Below are positions 13,730 through 28,053 of a DNA stretch of 64,000 nucleotides, piece by piece. The notes beneath the pieces are model-generated. The model was not told the origin of the DNA. It made no database searches and saw only the letters and a list, made by a program, of their open reading frames with translations. The position numbers and the translations under genes are program-made. Position 1 is the stretch's first letter, and the number at the start of each line of letters is the position of its first letter. The stretch is from Octopus sinensis (Eukaryota): positions 73,346,001-73,410,000 of the forward strand of contig NC_043007.1 in the NCBI RefSeq assembly GCF_006345805.1. Reading direction: 5' to 3'.

Positions 13730-16186
13730 TTAAAGTATTTAAAGTAAATTCTCATTAAGCTCAACTAAATACATTATATATTACAGAATTATTATTTTTG
13801 TTAAAAAGTAAAAATATTTATCAACATAAGACACAAACACACACATACACTTGGCAGTTTACAGAAATGTATCACTGAGCCATACTTCATGAAAAGTTAA
13901 TATTTTATACTGTTGAACAAACAAGATATGATCTTACTATAACTACTATCAAACAGCTGGAAACAACAGTGCAATGCTTCATCATTGTTATTGATGAGAG
14001 AGCAGCACACACCCTCAAAGTCATACTGAGGCTCAAATATATGAAGCCCAATATAGCCATCATGACTATCCGTCTGAAAAGGGGACACCAGACACATGCA
14101 TCATCTATGGCTGGTGTGCATAACAGTGGTAACCTTATATCAAGATAAATAATGCATAACTTTGCGGGTAGGGCTCAGTTGAGTAACCCATCATGCTTAA
14201 AAGGTCCTTGGATAAGGGTTGTTTAAGGATGAATGAGATACCCATTATTCAAATCACAAAGAATCCCTCTCAACACATGGCTATGATGGTCCTCAACAAC
14301 TCCTGCTCATGATCAGAGATGCACATATTGTTAGCCACTAAAAGACATGCTCAACTGGTTACGGTCAAGCAACTGACAAGCAAATCTGTGGTATTGAGCT
14401 GAATATTTGCTGTAACCCATGTTTTACAGTTTTACACCAAGACAAAGCATGTACATATTAACACTTCCAATAAGCTGAGATCAGAAGCCACTACCTGGTA
14501 TTGCATCAGGGCATCTATGGGACTAACTGTCTTGTATTATTATTATTCATGGTTTAAAATTCACTTTCCATGTTGGCATGGGTTGGACAGTTGACATGGA
14601 GCTGGCCTGCTGGGGAGCTGTCTAGACTCCAACTGTCTGTTGTGACATGGTTTCTACAGTTGGATGTTTTTCCTAATGCCAACCACTTAACAGCATGCCA
14701 CCTGCACAGGATTATTTTTATACAGTGGTGGATCATAGATAAAAAAAAATTAATGGGAGTGTTGCTTCAGAAAATTTGCAGCCATCGTTTTAATATTGTG
14801 TAGAAGGAAACAAACATAAAAATTAAATTTATACATAAACTTGATTGGTTCGTGTTTTAGCCACTACCAGGTAGTGTGTTTAATTTGTTCACTGAATACC
14901 ACCATCAATTCCCCCTTGTTTTTCAAAAATCCCTCCTAAATCACAAAATAATGGAAGAAAATCTGCCCTATTTTTCAAATCCTGGCAGCAACATTGTAAC
15001 TGGAAGCAGGATAATAATCTAATTCTACACTTTATCAAATTCAAGAATATAAACATGTTTTTAAGCACACGGAGTCAACTAGAGTCAGCACTGTGTGAAC
15101 AATGATGCTCTCTCTCCCTAGAATGCAGCTTCCTATCATGGACATGTGAGCATGCACACAACAGCCAAACACTGTGTCGCTGGAACTGTGAAGCGCATAG
15201 TTCTAAAGAAGGATTTTTGTATTTTTTTCATAAACTAGAGGATGGCTACTGACATTAAGCCTAAGGATGATATAATGTACAAGTATAAAGAAAGAATTCA
15301 AGAAAAAAGGTCTCGTTATATTGAATGTTATCGATAATATCAAGTGGAAATAGGGAGTGCTGCAGTTCTGCAGTGCCTATACACAAACCGCCACTGTTAT
15401 TATATAATCTTAGTGGCATTTCATTCATCTTCATGTTCTGAGTTCAAATTATGCTGTGGCCGACTTTGCCTTTCATCCTTTCTGAATCAATAAAATAAGT
15501 ACCAGTTGAGTACTGGGGCTAATGTATTTGACTTGTCCCCCTCCCCCTGAACCATCATCATCATCATCGATAATATTAATACGTTAACTTTTTGTTTTTG
15601 TATGTACTTGTTTTTTGCGTCACAATTCTTGGAAATGGCAAAGTGAGAGAGTGTGAGAGACAGTGAGTGATGACAGAATTCGTTTTGTTTTTAAATGTTT
15701 CAGATAGTACGTAAGAGTGAGAGAGAAAGAGCAAGAGTGAAAGAGACAGTGAGTGGTGATGGCGTTCATTTTGTATTTTTAAATGTTTCAGACAGGAAGT
15801 TCAGAGAGAAAGAGACAGTGAATGGTGATGGTGTTCATTTTGTGTTTTTAAATGTTTATCACATCGCAAGTAGATACATATACACATTGTTAAATGAAAA
15901 GCGGGAGAGAAGAGGGACACAAAGGAAGTGAAAGAGAAAGAGAGAAAGTGAGAGACAGTTCATACACAGACACAGCAAATATTGGCTGTCAATTTCACTT
16001 TTCATTACCACACAAGGATAAAATTAACTCACAAATGGCTGAGTACTCCACAGACATGCATAACAATGTAGTTCTCAGGGAGATTCAGCCTCACACAGAA
16101 TACGATAAGGCTGGCCCCTTTAAATTACAGCTACAACTCAAGAACTCAAGACACACATATATATATATATATATATAATATATAAT

Positions 16187-16236
<50 letters not shown>

Positions 16237-16377
16237 TAGGGAATATACTTCCGAATAAATATAAAATATGAATGTATTCATGTGTATGTGTGTGTGTATA
16301 TAGTACAGGTTAGTTAAAACATGTTTGCAATAATAAGTGTTGAGGTGGAAATAAACACAATTACTAAACTTTCATTC

Positions 16378-18156
16378 ATCATCATCATCATCATCGTCGT
16401 TTAACGTCCGTTCTCCATGCTAGCATGGGTTGGACGGTTCGACCGGGGTTCTGGGAAGCCAGAAGGCTGCACCAGGCTCCAGTCTAATTTGGCAATGTTT
16501 CTACAGCTGGATGCCCTTCCTAACGCCAACCACTCCGTGAGTGTAGTGGTGCTTTTTACGTGCCACCTGCACAGGTGCCAGGCGGGGCTGGCAACGGCAC
16601 GGTCAGATTGGTGTATTTTATGTGCCACCGGCACGGAAGCCAGTCGAGGCGGTGCTGGCATCGGCCACGAGTCGGATAGTGCTTTTTACGTACCACCAGA
16701 CCAGGGAACCTGGCTGTTCAATTCGATTTCGATTTCGCTTGCCACAACATGTCTCACAAGCAAAGGGGGTTGGCAAGGGTGCCTGTCGTACGGTCGCATT
16801 GGAGTATTTTACGTGCCACGGCCACGAGTCGGATAGTGCTTTTTACGTACCACCAGACCAGGGATCCTGGCTGGTTCAATTCGATTTCGATTTCGCTTGC
16901 CCCAACATGTCTTCACAAGCCAAGGGGTTGGCATGGGTGCCTGTGTACGGTCGCATTGGAGTATTTTACGTGCCACGGCCCCGAGTCGGATAGTGCTTTT
17001 TAACCACCAGGCCAGGGATCTGGCTGGTTCAATTCGGTTTCGATTTCGCTTGCCCCAACATGTTTCGCAAGCATGGGGGGTTGGGATGGGTGTCTGTCGT
17101 GGATGAGGTTCTATATCGACTGCGCTTGCCTCCAAAGGGATCTGTGTCCAAGGGAGGAAAGGCATTCATAAGTGGGCTGGGCTCTTGTCCTGCCTGGTCT
17201 TCTCAAGTACAGATATTCCAAGGTCTCGGTCTCTGGTCATTCCTCAGTGAGCCTAAAGTCGAAGGTCGTGCTTCACCACTCGTCCCAGGTTTTCTGGGTC
17301 TACCTCTTCCACGGGTTCCTCAACTGCTAGGGATTGGCACTTTCTCACACACCTATCTTCATCCATTCTCGCCACATGACCATACCAGCGCAATCGTCTC
17401 TTTGCACACCAAAACTGATGCTTCTTAGGTACACATTTCTCTCAAGGTGCTAACGCTCTGTCGAGTATGTACACTTGAATTACACATCCATCGGAGCACT
17501 ATGGCTTCATTCCTCACGAGCTTACGCATGTCATCAGCAGTCACAGCCATGTTTCGCTGCCATTAGCATGGCTGTTTGTACCACGCATCATACAGTTGCC
17601 TTTTACTCTGAGCGAGAGGCCTTAGTCACCAGCAGAGGTAAGAGCTCCCTAAACTTTGCCAGGCTATTTATTCTAGCAGTTACACTTTCAGAGCACCCAC
17701 CCCCACTACTGACTTGGTCACCTAGATAACGGAAGCTATCAACTACTTCTAGTTTTTCCCCCTGGAAAAGTGACGGAAGTTGTTTTCTGCAGATTTTCGG
17801 AGGTTAATGCTCCGAGCATTGCCACATACAAAAACTATCTTCCCAGTTAGCCTACCTTTGACATTGTGCACCTCTTATGTGTCCATAGCTTACACTGGGT
17901 ACATCTTATAGAGTTTCTACCTACACCTTTTCTACAGATCGAGAAGGGCCATCTTCTGAAGATATTTGTGGATTGTCTACCTTTCTACTTATTAGTACTT
18001 TGGTTTTAGCTAGGTTGACTCTAAGGCCCCATGATTCTAACCCTCCTTCACACTGGAACTTCTCTCCAGTTGGATGTGACTCAGCAATAAGAGCAAGGTC
18101 GTCAGCGTAGTGGAGCTCCCAGGGACAGCCTGGTCTTGAATTCCTCAGTAATTGCC
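16378..18156 (-). mobile_element. RTE-clade LINE, 5'-truncated (RT YADD region, PHD-like finger, thumb, 3' UTR, (GAT)n tail)
   Basis: Minus-strand GCPWELHYADDLALIAE near 18080-18130, LRVNLAKTKV, FRYLG, RGRPRK; frameshifted; ends in GATGATGAT. Confidence 0.88.
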
Positions 18157-19758
18157 ATTTGGATTATTTGTTCTTTTGCATTTCAATTAGAACATTTGTA
18201 CCCATAAATTTTCAACAACTGCACGCCAGAAGAAATGGAAAAACAAGTAATTTTATCTCCTAAAAATTCTGACTGTCTTGCAATAAATAAAAAAGGTCTT
18301 AATATAGTCATTGGTGTTACATTACTTTCTATATTCTGTAACTGTCGCAATATACTTTTCTAGGCCTGAAATTTTTATGGGAAGGGGGCCAGTTGATTAG
18401 ATCGACTCCAGTACACAAATGGTACTTAATTTATCGACTCCGAAAGGGTGAACGGTAAAGTCAATCTTGGCAGAATTTGAACTCAGAACATAAAGACAGA
18501 CGGTCATAATATGCAAACATTTCTCATGGCACCAGTACACTGTTTACAGATGCTTACATTTTTTATTGCAGCGTGGAAGGTGTTTATAAGACATTTTTGT
18601 CGCTTTGAGACCATGACCTGTTTACTGACAAAATTCCGTGCAGCACGGAATTTTGTCATTGAACAGGTCACGGTCTCAAAGCGACAAAAATATTTTGGCA
18701 AATTAAATTTAAATGTTGAAGTGAATCTAACAGGTTTATAAACACCTTCCACACTGCAATTGTTTTCGTTCTAGCACAAGATCTCAGATCAGGTCACTTG
18801 CTATGCAAATACATTTCTGTAATACACTTTTTAATGTTTTCTGTGAATTTTTGACAGGTCGAGCTAGTTATTATTATTACTACTATTATTATTAACTGTA
18901 AACTGATGCATGGTTGAGGGAATCCTTTAGTTCTGCCAACAATTTCTTTAGTGTTGGTGGTAGGAAGAGCATCAAACTCTAAGAACTATGACATATACAA
19001 CAACAAAGTGAATAGTATTATTGTTGCTAGGGGAGGTCAGTAACCAATGTAGGGTAGTGTGGTGGAGAAGATCTGTCTAATCCATGACAGCATGAAAAAA
19101 CAGATTTCAAAAGATGATTATTATCATTACTTAGAGAGAAGAGCAAAGCTCAGTCTTTGCAAACCTCTGACTGTTTGAGGTCAACAAGATGTGCATAGGA
19201 AAAGCATAGCATGAAAGTATTTGGTGTAGAGGTTGTAGGGTGATGATAAAACGAGAAGAAACAAGGATGTAGGATGGTGGCTACAAAGGAACCTTTTAGT
19301 TCAAATGAGGAGAAACTGTTATAATCACACTAGGGGGGAAAAAAAAAAAAAAAGAAAAGGGCATATCAATGGACAAAAGGTGGCATTCATATTATTAACT
19401 GAAGCTTTGCCAATCAAGTGGAGGATAACTTCTTGTATTTTAAATGAAGTATAAAATGTTGATACATGTCTGTACCAGCTTCACCATCTAAGACAAGTGA
19501 CCGGAACAATAATGTAGGCTTCACACATTTTCATTCAAATTTTACACATCTTACTTAGGATTCATGCAGTGTCATGGGCCAAAAATATTTTCAACTTCTT
19601 GCCTAATGCAAGCTTGGAGCAATCTCTTACACTATTTCAGTATTACGTGTCAAAAGTGAAACAATAACATCTCTATTGTAAAGTGGGATAACACTTTCAG
19701 ATTTAATAGTTTCACTATTAATACTGAAACTATTATTTCACTTATATCCATGCATGAA

Positions 19759-19796
<38 letters not shown>

Positions 19797-19799
<3 letters not shown>

Positions 19800-20660
19800 G
19801 GGTTAGACAAAATAATGGAAACACATAACATCATAATTTTGAAATATTTATAAAACTGTCAAAAGCTTGTTTATTTTTATGTCTTTTGATTTATTATTAG
19901 TGTTGTTTAATATGTTTCGCTCAACTTGCAGTTTCTTTACAGATATCATCAGAAAAAGGTAATTAAAATGACAGATCTATCTGACTTTCAAAGAGGTCCA
20001 ATTGTTGGTGCTCATATGGCAAGCACTAGCGTAATGAAAACAGCCGAAATGTTTGGTGTATCAAGAAGTACTGTCTTGAAAGTAATGACAGCCTTTGAGA
20101 AAGAAAGAAAAGCCTCCTTGTTGAAACAAAACTCCAGAAGAAAACTAAAACTTTCAGATAGGGATCATCAGACTCTTATGCAAATTGTTAGAAAGGATCA
20201 CAAAAGTACAGCTCCCAAAATTACTGCAGAGCTTAATGACCACTTTGAGAACCCAGTTTCCACAAAAACTGTTTGCCGAGAGCTGCACAAAGCCAGATTT
20301 CATGGGAAGGCAGCAATCAGAAAACCACTACTTTCAAAAGCAAATGCGGCACAAGGTTTGGACTGGAGTAAAAGCCTACAGAATTGGTCCTTAGAGCAGT
20401 GGAAGAACGTTATTTTCTCAGACGAGTCATCCTTTACCTTATTTCTGACCACCGACCAAATATACATGTGGACGTAGCTAAAAGAAGCATTTGACCCAGA
20501 CTGCTTTCTTCCAACTGTTAGACATGAAGGAGGATCTGTGATGATCTGGGGGTGCTATATCTTGGAAATCCACCAGCCCAATTGTTTCCCTTCATGGCAG
20601 AATTAATAGTCAGGACTATTTAAGCATTTTATCTGATCAAATTCATCCTATGGCTGCATG
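19797..20660 (+). mobile_element. Tc1-like transposon, 3'-truncated, transposase pseudogene
   Basis: TA|CAGGGGTTAGACAAAATAATGGAAACAC left end within (TA)n; ORF with paired-like HTH, KPLLS, W..VIFSDES; stop at 20477, then [14 protein letters not shown]; ends at a microsatellite. Confidence 0.9.
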
Positions 20661-20711
20661 GATATATGCGTACATATGTATATCTATCTATATATATATG
20701 CTATATATATA

Positions 20712-20755
<44 letters not shown>

Positions 20756-20979
20756 TATATATATATGCATATATATATATGCATATATATACATGCATAT
20801 ATATATATATGCATATATATACATGCATATATATGCATATATATATATGCATATATATATGCATATATTATATATGCATATATATATATATATATATATG
20901 CATATATATATATATTATATATATATATATATATGCATTATATATATATATATCATATATATATATATATATATATATA

Positions 20980-21041
<62 letters not shown>

Positions 21042-21057
21042 TATATATATATATATA

Positions 21058-21093
<36 letters not shown>

Positions 21094-21300
21094 TAATATA
21101 TATATATATGCATATTATATATATATATATATATGCATAATATATATATATATATGCATATATATATATATATATATGCATATATATATATATATATTAT
21201 ATGCATATATATATATATATATATATGCATAATATATATATATATATATATGCTATATATATATATATATATATATATGCATATATATATATATATATAT
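20661..21300. repeat. (TA)n microsatellite with TGCA interruptions
   Basis: Direct reading. Confidence 0.95.
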
Positions 21301-21800
21301 CCATCGTGTATTCGCCATCTTGAAGCCTGTTCCTTTAATACACTTCCGCCTTGTCCAAAAATTCCTCTTCCGGACAATTTTACTTAAAAAAGGCAGCCCC
21401 ATACATTTGCTCTCTCATTCATTCATCTAGCACCCGAGCGCAGAAGTTTGAATGCTTATTTATTTTCACTTTTCGATCGATCATACATGCTTTCTTATCT
21501 ATCTAAATATTTTTATCTAATTTCTCTATCTATCTAATTATTTTAACTAATTTATCCATTTCTCTTCTCATAATCAACCATCGTGTATTCGCGGTGCACC
21601 CGCCCTGCCCACCCCCACCACCAATACCGGATATCTCTATATTTTTGCTCCATCTATACCGGATGTCGCTTCTCCCACCACCATTATAGGTGTCTACTCT
21701 TCGAACCCCTCTTCAATACGCTATTTCACCATGCATTACCCCTCTCTTGATATCCTACGTTCTACTTGCCTAGAACCTGTCATCATTTCTCTGAACCACC
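21301..21800 (+). mobile_element. Possible Penelope-like GIY-YIG C-terminus and 3' region remnant
   Basis: IRHLEACS...KFECLFIF-like remnant followed by a pyrimidine-rich tail, beside (TA)n; weak similarity. Confidence 0.3.
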
Positions 21801-22078
21801 CCTCCCCACTGGTGCTCCCCTATATTTCTGCACCCCCCCCACAAAAAAAAAGCACCATCCGAACGTGGCCGATGCCAGACCCCTCTGGCACCTGTGCAGG
21901 TGGCACGTAAAAAACACCCACTACACTCGCGGAGTGGTTGGCGTTAGGAAGAGCATCCAGCTGTAGAAACACTGCCAGACTAGACTGGAGCCTGGGGCAG
22001 TCCCTAGCTCCCCAGACTCTGGTCGAAACCGTCCAACCCGTGCTAGCGCGGAAAACGGACGTTAAACGATGATGATGA

Positions 22079-22362
22079 TATATATATGCATATATATATA
22101 TATATGCATATATATATGCATATATATATATGCATATATATATGCATATATAATGCATATATATATGCATATATATATGCATATATATATATGCATATAT
22201 ATATATGCATATATATATGCATATATATATATGCATATATATATGCATATATATATATGCATATATATGCATATATTATATGCATATATATATATGCATA
22301 TATATATGCATATATATATGCATATATATGCATATATATATATATATATATGCATATATATA

Positions 22363-22412
<50 letters not shown>

Positions 22413-22430
22413 TATATATATATATATACA
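22079..22430. repeat. (TA)n/TGCA compound microsatellite
   Basis: Direct reading. Confidence 0.95.
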
Positions 22431-22713
22431 TACATGTATGTGTGTGTCTTTGTACCATCACCATCGCATGAGAACTGATGTTTCTGTATTTACAGCCCTG
22501 TAACTTAACCATTTGGCAAAACACACCAATAGAATAAGTACTAGGCTTACAAAGAATAAATCCTGGAGTCAATTTCTTCAACTAAAGGTGGTGCTCCAGC
22601 ATGGCTGCAGTCACATAACCAAAACAAGTAAAATAATAAAAAAAAACTATGCCATTTTAATCCCGAGCAATGCCAGATGTCACTGCTAATTTCCCATAAA
22701 TTTGACTGCTTAC

Positions 22714-22865
22714 CTGATGTGCTCGACAAATAAGATCTAAATCATGTCGATTCAGAAATTTGCTGACAATTTCGGCGCCAAAAGTAAAAGAAACCCCACG
22801 GTCATTTTCTCCCCAGCCATGTACTTCTTTGTCAGGGTCTGACCAAAGTAAATCACATAAAAGAC
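22714..22865 (-). CDS. PPP1CB: PP1-beta coding exon 6 ([11 protein letters not shown]...ICRAHQ)
   Basis: Acceptor TTTCAG, donor GTAAGC, 152 nt; DLLWSDP, NDRGVS and RAHQ motifs. Confidence 0.97.
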
Positions 22866-23286
22866 CTGAAACATAAAGAGAATGATAAAAGAAAGTTCTA
22901 AATAAAAGAATACTGGTCATAGCACACTAGTAGTAACTAGTCAACAGGTAAAAAGTTAGTGATCATAGCCTTTGGAAAAAACGTTGATATTCACAAAACT
23001 GCATAAGCGGTTTATCCACTCACATTTTCACCTGCTTCAAATAACACAAGACTTATTGTCAGCTGAATAACAAAAAGAATTGCTGAATCACACTCCACCA
23101 GGTCATGCATGTAAAAACATTTTCTACAACACATAACATTATAGGATTATATAAATACAAAAATATGTATAACAATGTATTTTATGTATATCGTAATTCT
23201 AGTAATGCTTTCACTTAAAATGTTTCACATTTCTCTGTATTATTTATGCTTTATTTCCTTTCCTTTGTAAGAACACGTTTGATGTA

Positions 23287-24227
23287 TTAGGTTGTCAAGA
23301 AAGTCCTTGCAGTCTAACCTTTAAATTCAGATGCACATATCTCAGCTCAAACAAAACTTTATTAATCGAAATAAACACCATCAGAATCAACACACTTTTG
23401 CCAATGCGAAACAAGTTTATTTATGCCAGTAGCATAAAAATCCTGCGTTCTGGTGGCGATGAAGTTGTTGAAAGCATGTTTGGCATCGTCTTGGTTTTTG
23501 AAGCATTTCACATGCAGGAAGTTGTCGAGATGCTTGAAAAAGTGGTAGTCGGTAGGCTAGCGGCATGGTGAGTATGGCAGATGAGGCAGAGTTTCGTAGC
23601 CCAATTCGTACAACTTCTGCAGGGTCAGTTGTGTGATGTGCGGCCAAGCATGTCGTGGAGAAGAATTGGCCTTTTTCAATTGACCAATGCTGGCTGTTGC
23701 AGTTTCATATGTATTTCATCCATTTGCTGACAGTACTTCTCTGCCATAATGGTTTCCCCTAGATCCAAAAAGCTGTGATGGATGAGACAGACCGCAGACC
23801 ACCAAACAGTCACCATGACCTTCTTTTGGTGCAACTTTGGCTTCGGGAAGTGCCATTGAGCTTCATCAGTGTCCAACTACTGAGCTGAGCATCACGTGTT
23901 GTTGTAAAGAATCCACTTTTTATCACAAGTCACAATCCGGTTGAGCAATGGGTCGTAAAAGAAGAAAAGACAACACTTCAAAATGGCATTTTTTTTGGTT
24001 GTTGTTCAATTTAAGCGGCACCCATTTCTCAAGTATTTTTGTTTTTCCAGTCTCTTTCAAGTGGTTGGAAATTGTTGTATACATTACGTCTAATTCAGAT
24101 TAGATAGAGCGAAAAACGGGCTTTAAAATGATATATAAAGTCAAAGTAATTTAACGAAAATTAATTTGAACATACATCATTTAAAATCAAAATTTAAAAT
24201 TCCGCAAGAACTTTCTTGACAACCTAA
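23287..24227 (-). mobile_element. Mariner element, internally deleted, both TIRs present
   Basis: TIRs TTAGGTTGTCAAGAAAG..CTTGC / GCAAG..CTTTCTTGACAACCTAA flanked by TA; minus-strand PKPKLHQKKVMVTVWWS and TDYHFFKHLDNFL remnants. Confidence 0.92.
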
Positions 24228-24729
24228 TATATGTGCATGTATGTGTGTGAATATAATGATTTAAGTACCATACTATTGTAAGATACATCACAAATAATTT
24301 TAACTTCCCCATTTCATTTCAAATTCACTCATAATATTCTCCCTTGTCTGAAGCTACAGTTTCTTTTCAGATCTTGTTGAAAATGCAAATGAATTAAAAA
24401 TCTTTTGAAATTCACTTAGCAGCATTTTTGAAGAATTTCCATCAGATCTTCAACTGAAAATTAGTAACCTATGGTCAAATGACATGCTAAAAATACAAAA
24501 AAGAAAACTTGATTGATTTTATAAATGCCTTCCAGAAAAAGTACATATTACTTTTTAGAAAAAAAGCATTGCTTTTCATTTTGTTTCCTTAAGTATTGCT
24601 ATTGAATAAGCAGCACAGAATTGTTAGCATTGAGATACACTATGAATATTGAGAGCAGAATTTGGACCAACTTGAAAGGACGATTTTGGTGACAGTTAAA
24701 GAAAACTGATATGGCAACTGTTTTATTAC

Positions 24730-24801
24730 CTGTGTCTGGAACATCAGTAGGGCGCATGATTCTACGAATTTGTTCCATTGACTGTAAATCTGGAGAGAGA
24801 C
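24730..24801 (-). CDS. PPP1CB: PP1-beta coding exon 5 ([24 protein letters not shown])
   Basis: Acceptor TTCACCTAG, donor GTAATA, 72 nt; DVPDTG is beta-type (alpha/gamma have DVPDQG). Confidence 0.97.
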
Positions 24802-25290
24802 CTAGGTGAACAGAAGATAGGGAAGAAATGAAACAAAATTCACAGGACAAAAACATTTTATAGATTAGTGTGTAATTTTAGAGAAATTTAAATGAATTTT
24901 AATAGTTAAATAGGTGTTTTTAATGTAGAATGCATTCAGCATGCATTAAAAAAACCCAGGTCTTTCAATGTAACAAACTCTAGGGTAGGCCTACCTGAAA
25001 AACTTATATGAAAATGAAACATTATGGTTGGTTTAATGGTTTTGTTTTTTAATATTTTCTATTTAAAAAGTTATGTAATTCTTATATCATCATCATTGTT
25101 TTACATCTCTTTTTCCTTTAGCGCCAGAAGATATTTCAGTTCCCAACCAACAATTTTCATTTTCTAATACAAGATCTGTCAGAGATTTTACATAAAAACT
25201 TGATGAAAAAGCTAAGTACAAAAGCAAAACAAAATGCTTTGAAAACAAAATGTAGGAGAAAATAGTTAAAAAGGAAGAAAGAAAACTGAC

Positions 25291-25395
25291 CTCCATGGCA
25301 ACAAAATATCTTTTCATCTATGATAGCTGCAATTGGCAGGCAATTAAAGCAGTCTGTAAAAGTTTTCCATAGACGTACATTGAATCTTCGTTTAC
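25291..25395 (-). CDS. PPP1CB: PP1-beta coding exon 4 ([35 protein letters not shown])
   Basis: Acceptor TTTCTCTAG, donor GTCAGT, 105 nt; translated by hand (absent from the ORF track). Confidence 0.97.
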
Positions 25396-26168
25396 CTAGA
25401 GAAATTGAAATACAAAATCAAATAAATGACTATAAACCTTTATAACTACTCTTGAATAAAAACCATTTAAAAAGTGGAAGAAATAACATTAAATCATTAT
25501 TTTTCAAAGTAAAACTTTAATATTATAGATTATAATCAAACATTTCTATGATAAAATTCAAACTTAACTGTTTAGCATTTAAATTGGCCATATCTGACCC
25601 AAATATTCTACTTGTTTTATGTTCAAAATTGGCTAGACCTGGCTTTTCACACCTACCCTACAAAGTCATTCTAAAAATAAACAACTGCATCACTGAAATC
25701 TTAAAACTATGAGATGCTGCATGATTTTAATTCAAAACAATGTGAATGGGTAAGCATTACATTTGATAGAATAATCAATGCTAGAGAGTCAATAATAAGC
25801 AGCACATTACTAAAGTTACAAAGCAAGCTTCTTATCCACAGAACCACAACTGTGCCTGAGGATCTTTTCTAGCAAAATCACATTCTCAACATAACTATAG
25901 TTGCATTTCAATAACTGACCCTACACTTCAAGGCCAGAAGATACATGAAACCCCCAAACAATTCATGACATCCTACAAAGCTCAGAGACAGGTCCACTAT
26001 GGAGTCTTGTCCCTGCATCTGAAATAATGCTTCTGGAGCAACCAAATCTTCAGCTTTGATCAACTGTTGATTCTGTAAAAGATGCAAGTAGTCACATATC
26101 TAGAATGGTGCTTCAGTTACACATGTACCAAAACATTCACAAATATGTTTCAACTACTAACCTTAAAC

Positions 26169-26524
26169 TAGTGATTTCCAACAAGAGACATACACCCCAC
26201 TGGTAGGGCATGGGAAAATTGTGGTGGAACCTTTTTTTTCTTTTAGTGGGGATGGAATTGTGAAAATCTTTTCTTTTTCACAGCAAACATACTACACCTA
26301 TATTCAGCCTAGCCAAACCAATCCCTCTAGCCAAGCGTACTGTGTGAAGACTGTTTGCTACAGTATAGTGCTATTCTAATGCCCTAGGGTGGATATTTCT
26401 TTAAGGAAACTATATAATTATGAGAAGTCAATAAATTATTCTTTCTGTTTTTTCACCGGTAGAATATACATTCTTCTGGAAAGTTATAGTGGGACCAGGG
26501 GATAGAATAGATTGGGAAACACTG
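26169..26524. mobile_element. hAT (Charlie-like) MITE, decayed
   Basis: TAGTGATTTCCAA / TTGGGAAACACTG ends; flanks CCTTAAAC / CTTTAGAC. Confidence 0.55.
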
Positions 26525-27717
26525 CTTTAGACATCTCTCCTCTGAACAAATTTACAGTGTACAACTTCCACCCAAGCTAACAGAAGATAAAGTTGAACAT
26601 TAAACCTTATTCAATAGGTAATGGAACCATTCCTCATCCTCTCACTGAATTATTTTTATAGCTGAGTGCTCTTTCTATCCTTAATCCACTCAACTACAAG
26701 GAAGCAGTAGAACTTATTTTATTATGTCAGTTAACAGTAGGACTGAGACATTACATTGCACAGGAACACAACACAAAAACAGAAATAACAAGGTGAGAAT
26801 TAATGGCTACATCATCAGTGATCTAGCACCTTTGTTGTGTTTCTAATATGAGAGACATAGTTATATACTAGATTAACTCACATATAAGTCACACTCCTAA
26901 TTTAGTGCTAAAGCTTGGTATAAAACTTTAGCTTGGCCCTGTCAAAATCAAATATAATTTTCATATGATTTATGTGTAAATATAGTGTGTGGGTAAATAT
27001 ATGTGTGTGTGTGTGTGTATATATATATATAGTTATATTTTTCTTATGAAAGATACAGACTGCATAGAAGTGCCCAAGTCAAATGTAAATTAAGCAATAA
27101 GCTGCAATTTGCTGACTCCATTCTTCAATACTTTATACTATTTATGTGTATGTATATATATGAATGTATAATAAATGGAATAGAGAAAGTTATCAGGTAA
27201 ACTACAATGAACACTGATATATTAAAAATAAATATAAAAATATATTTTCTTTTAATACGTGACCTAAAATATTTTTTGACACCTATTATTTTCTTTCTAC
27301 CTTATATTTCTTTCTTTTTTTAAAAAAGACATACAATCCTATACTTCATTATATTATTGCTATGTTTGTATATTCATATATTTATATGTCCATATACATT
27401 TTTAATATTCATATATTTTTATATGTATTTTTAATATATCAGTATATGTCCTTTGCACAATTGTTATCTTAATTAAATCTGTACATATGTGTTCATTGTG
27501 GTTTACATGATTTGAACTTTCTCCATTCCAAATATTATAATTATGTGCCTCAAATGCTCTTTGGATACTTCCATGTTAGAAAGGGTTTTAATCAAAGAAA
27601 TTCTAATTCTATTATTCTGTAAAATAATATTTAATTAGTTTAAATGTACACAAATTCATAAAAATAATTTTAAATACCATTAGGCATTCTAAAATACTAT
27701 TAAATTTCATTCAATTA

Positions 27718-28053
<336 letters not shown>

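Noticed and set aside
20650-22581. Many IYIY/YAYI ORFs (also 36200-36550, 41016-42760, 45642-46969, 52910-53477)
   Set aside because: Translations of microsatellites
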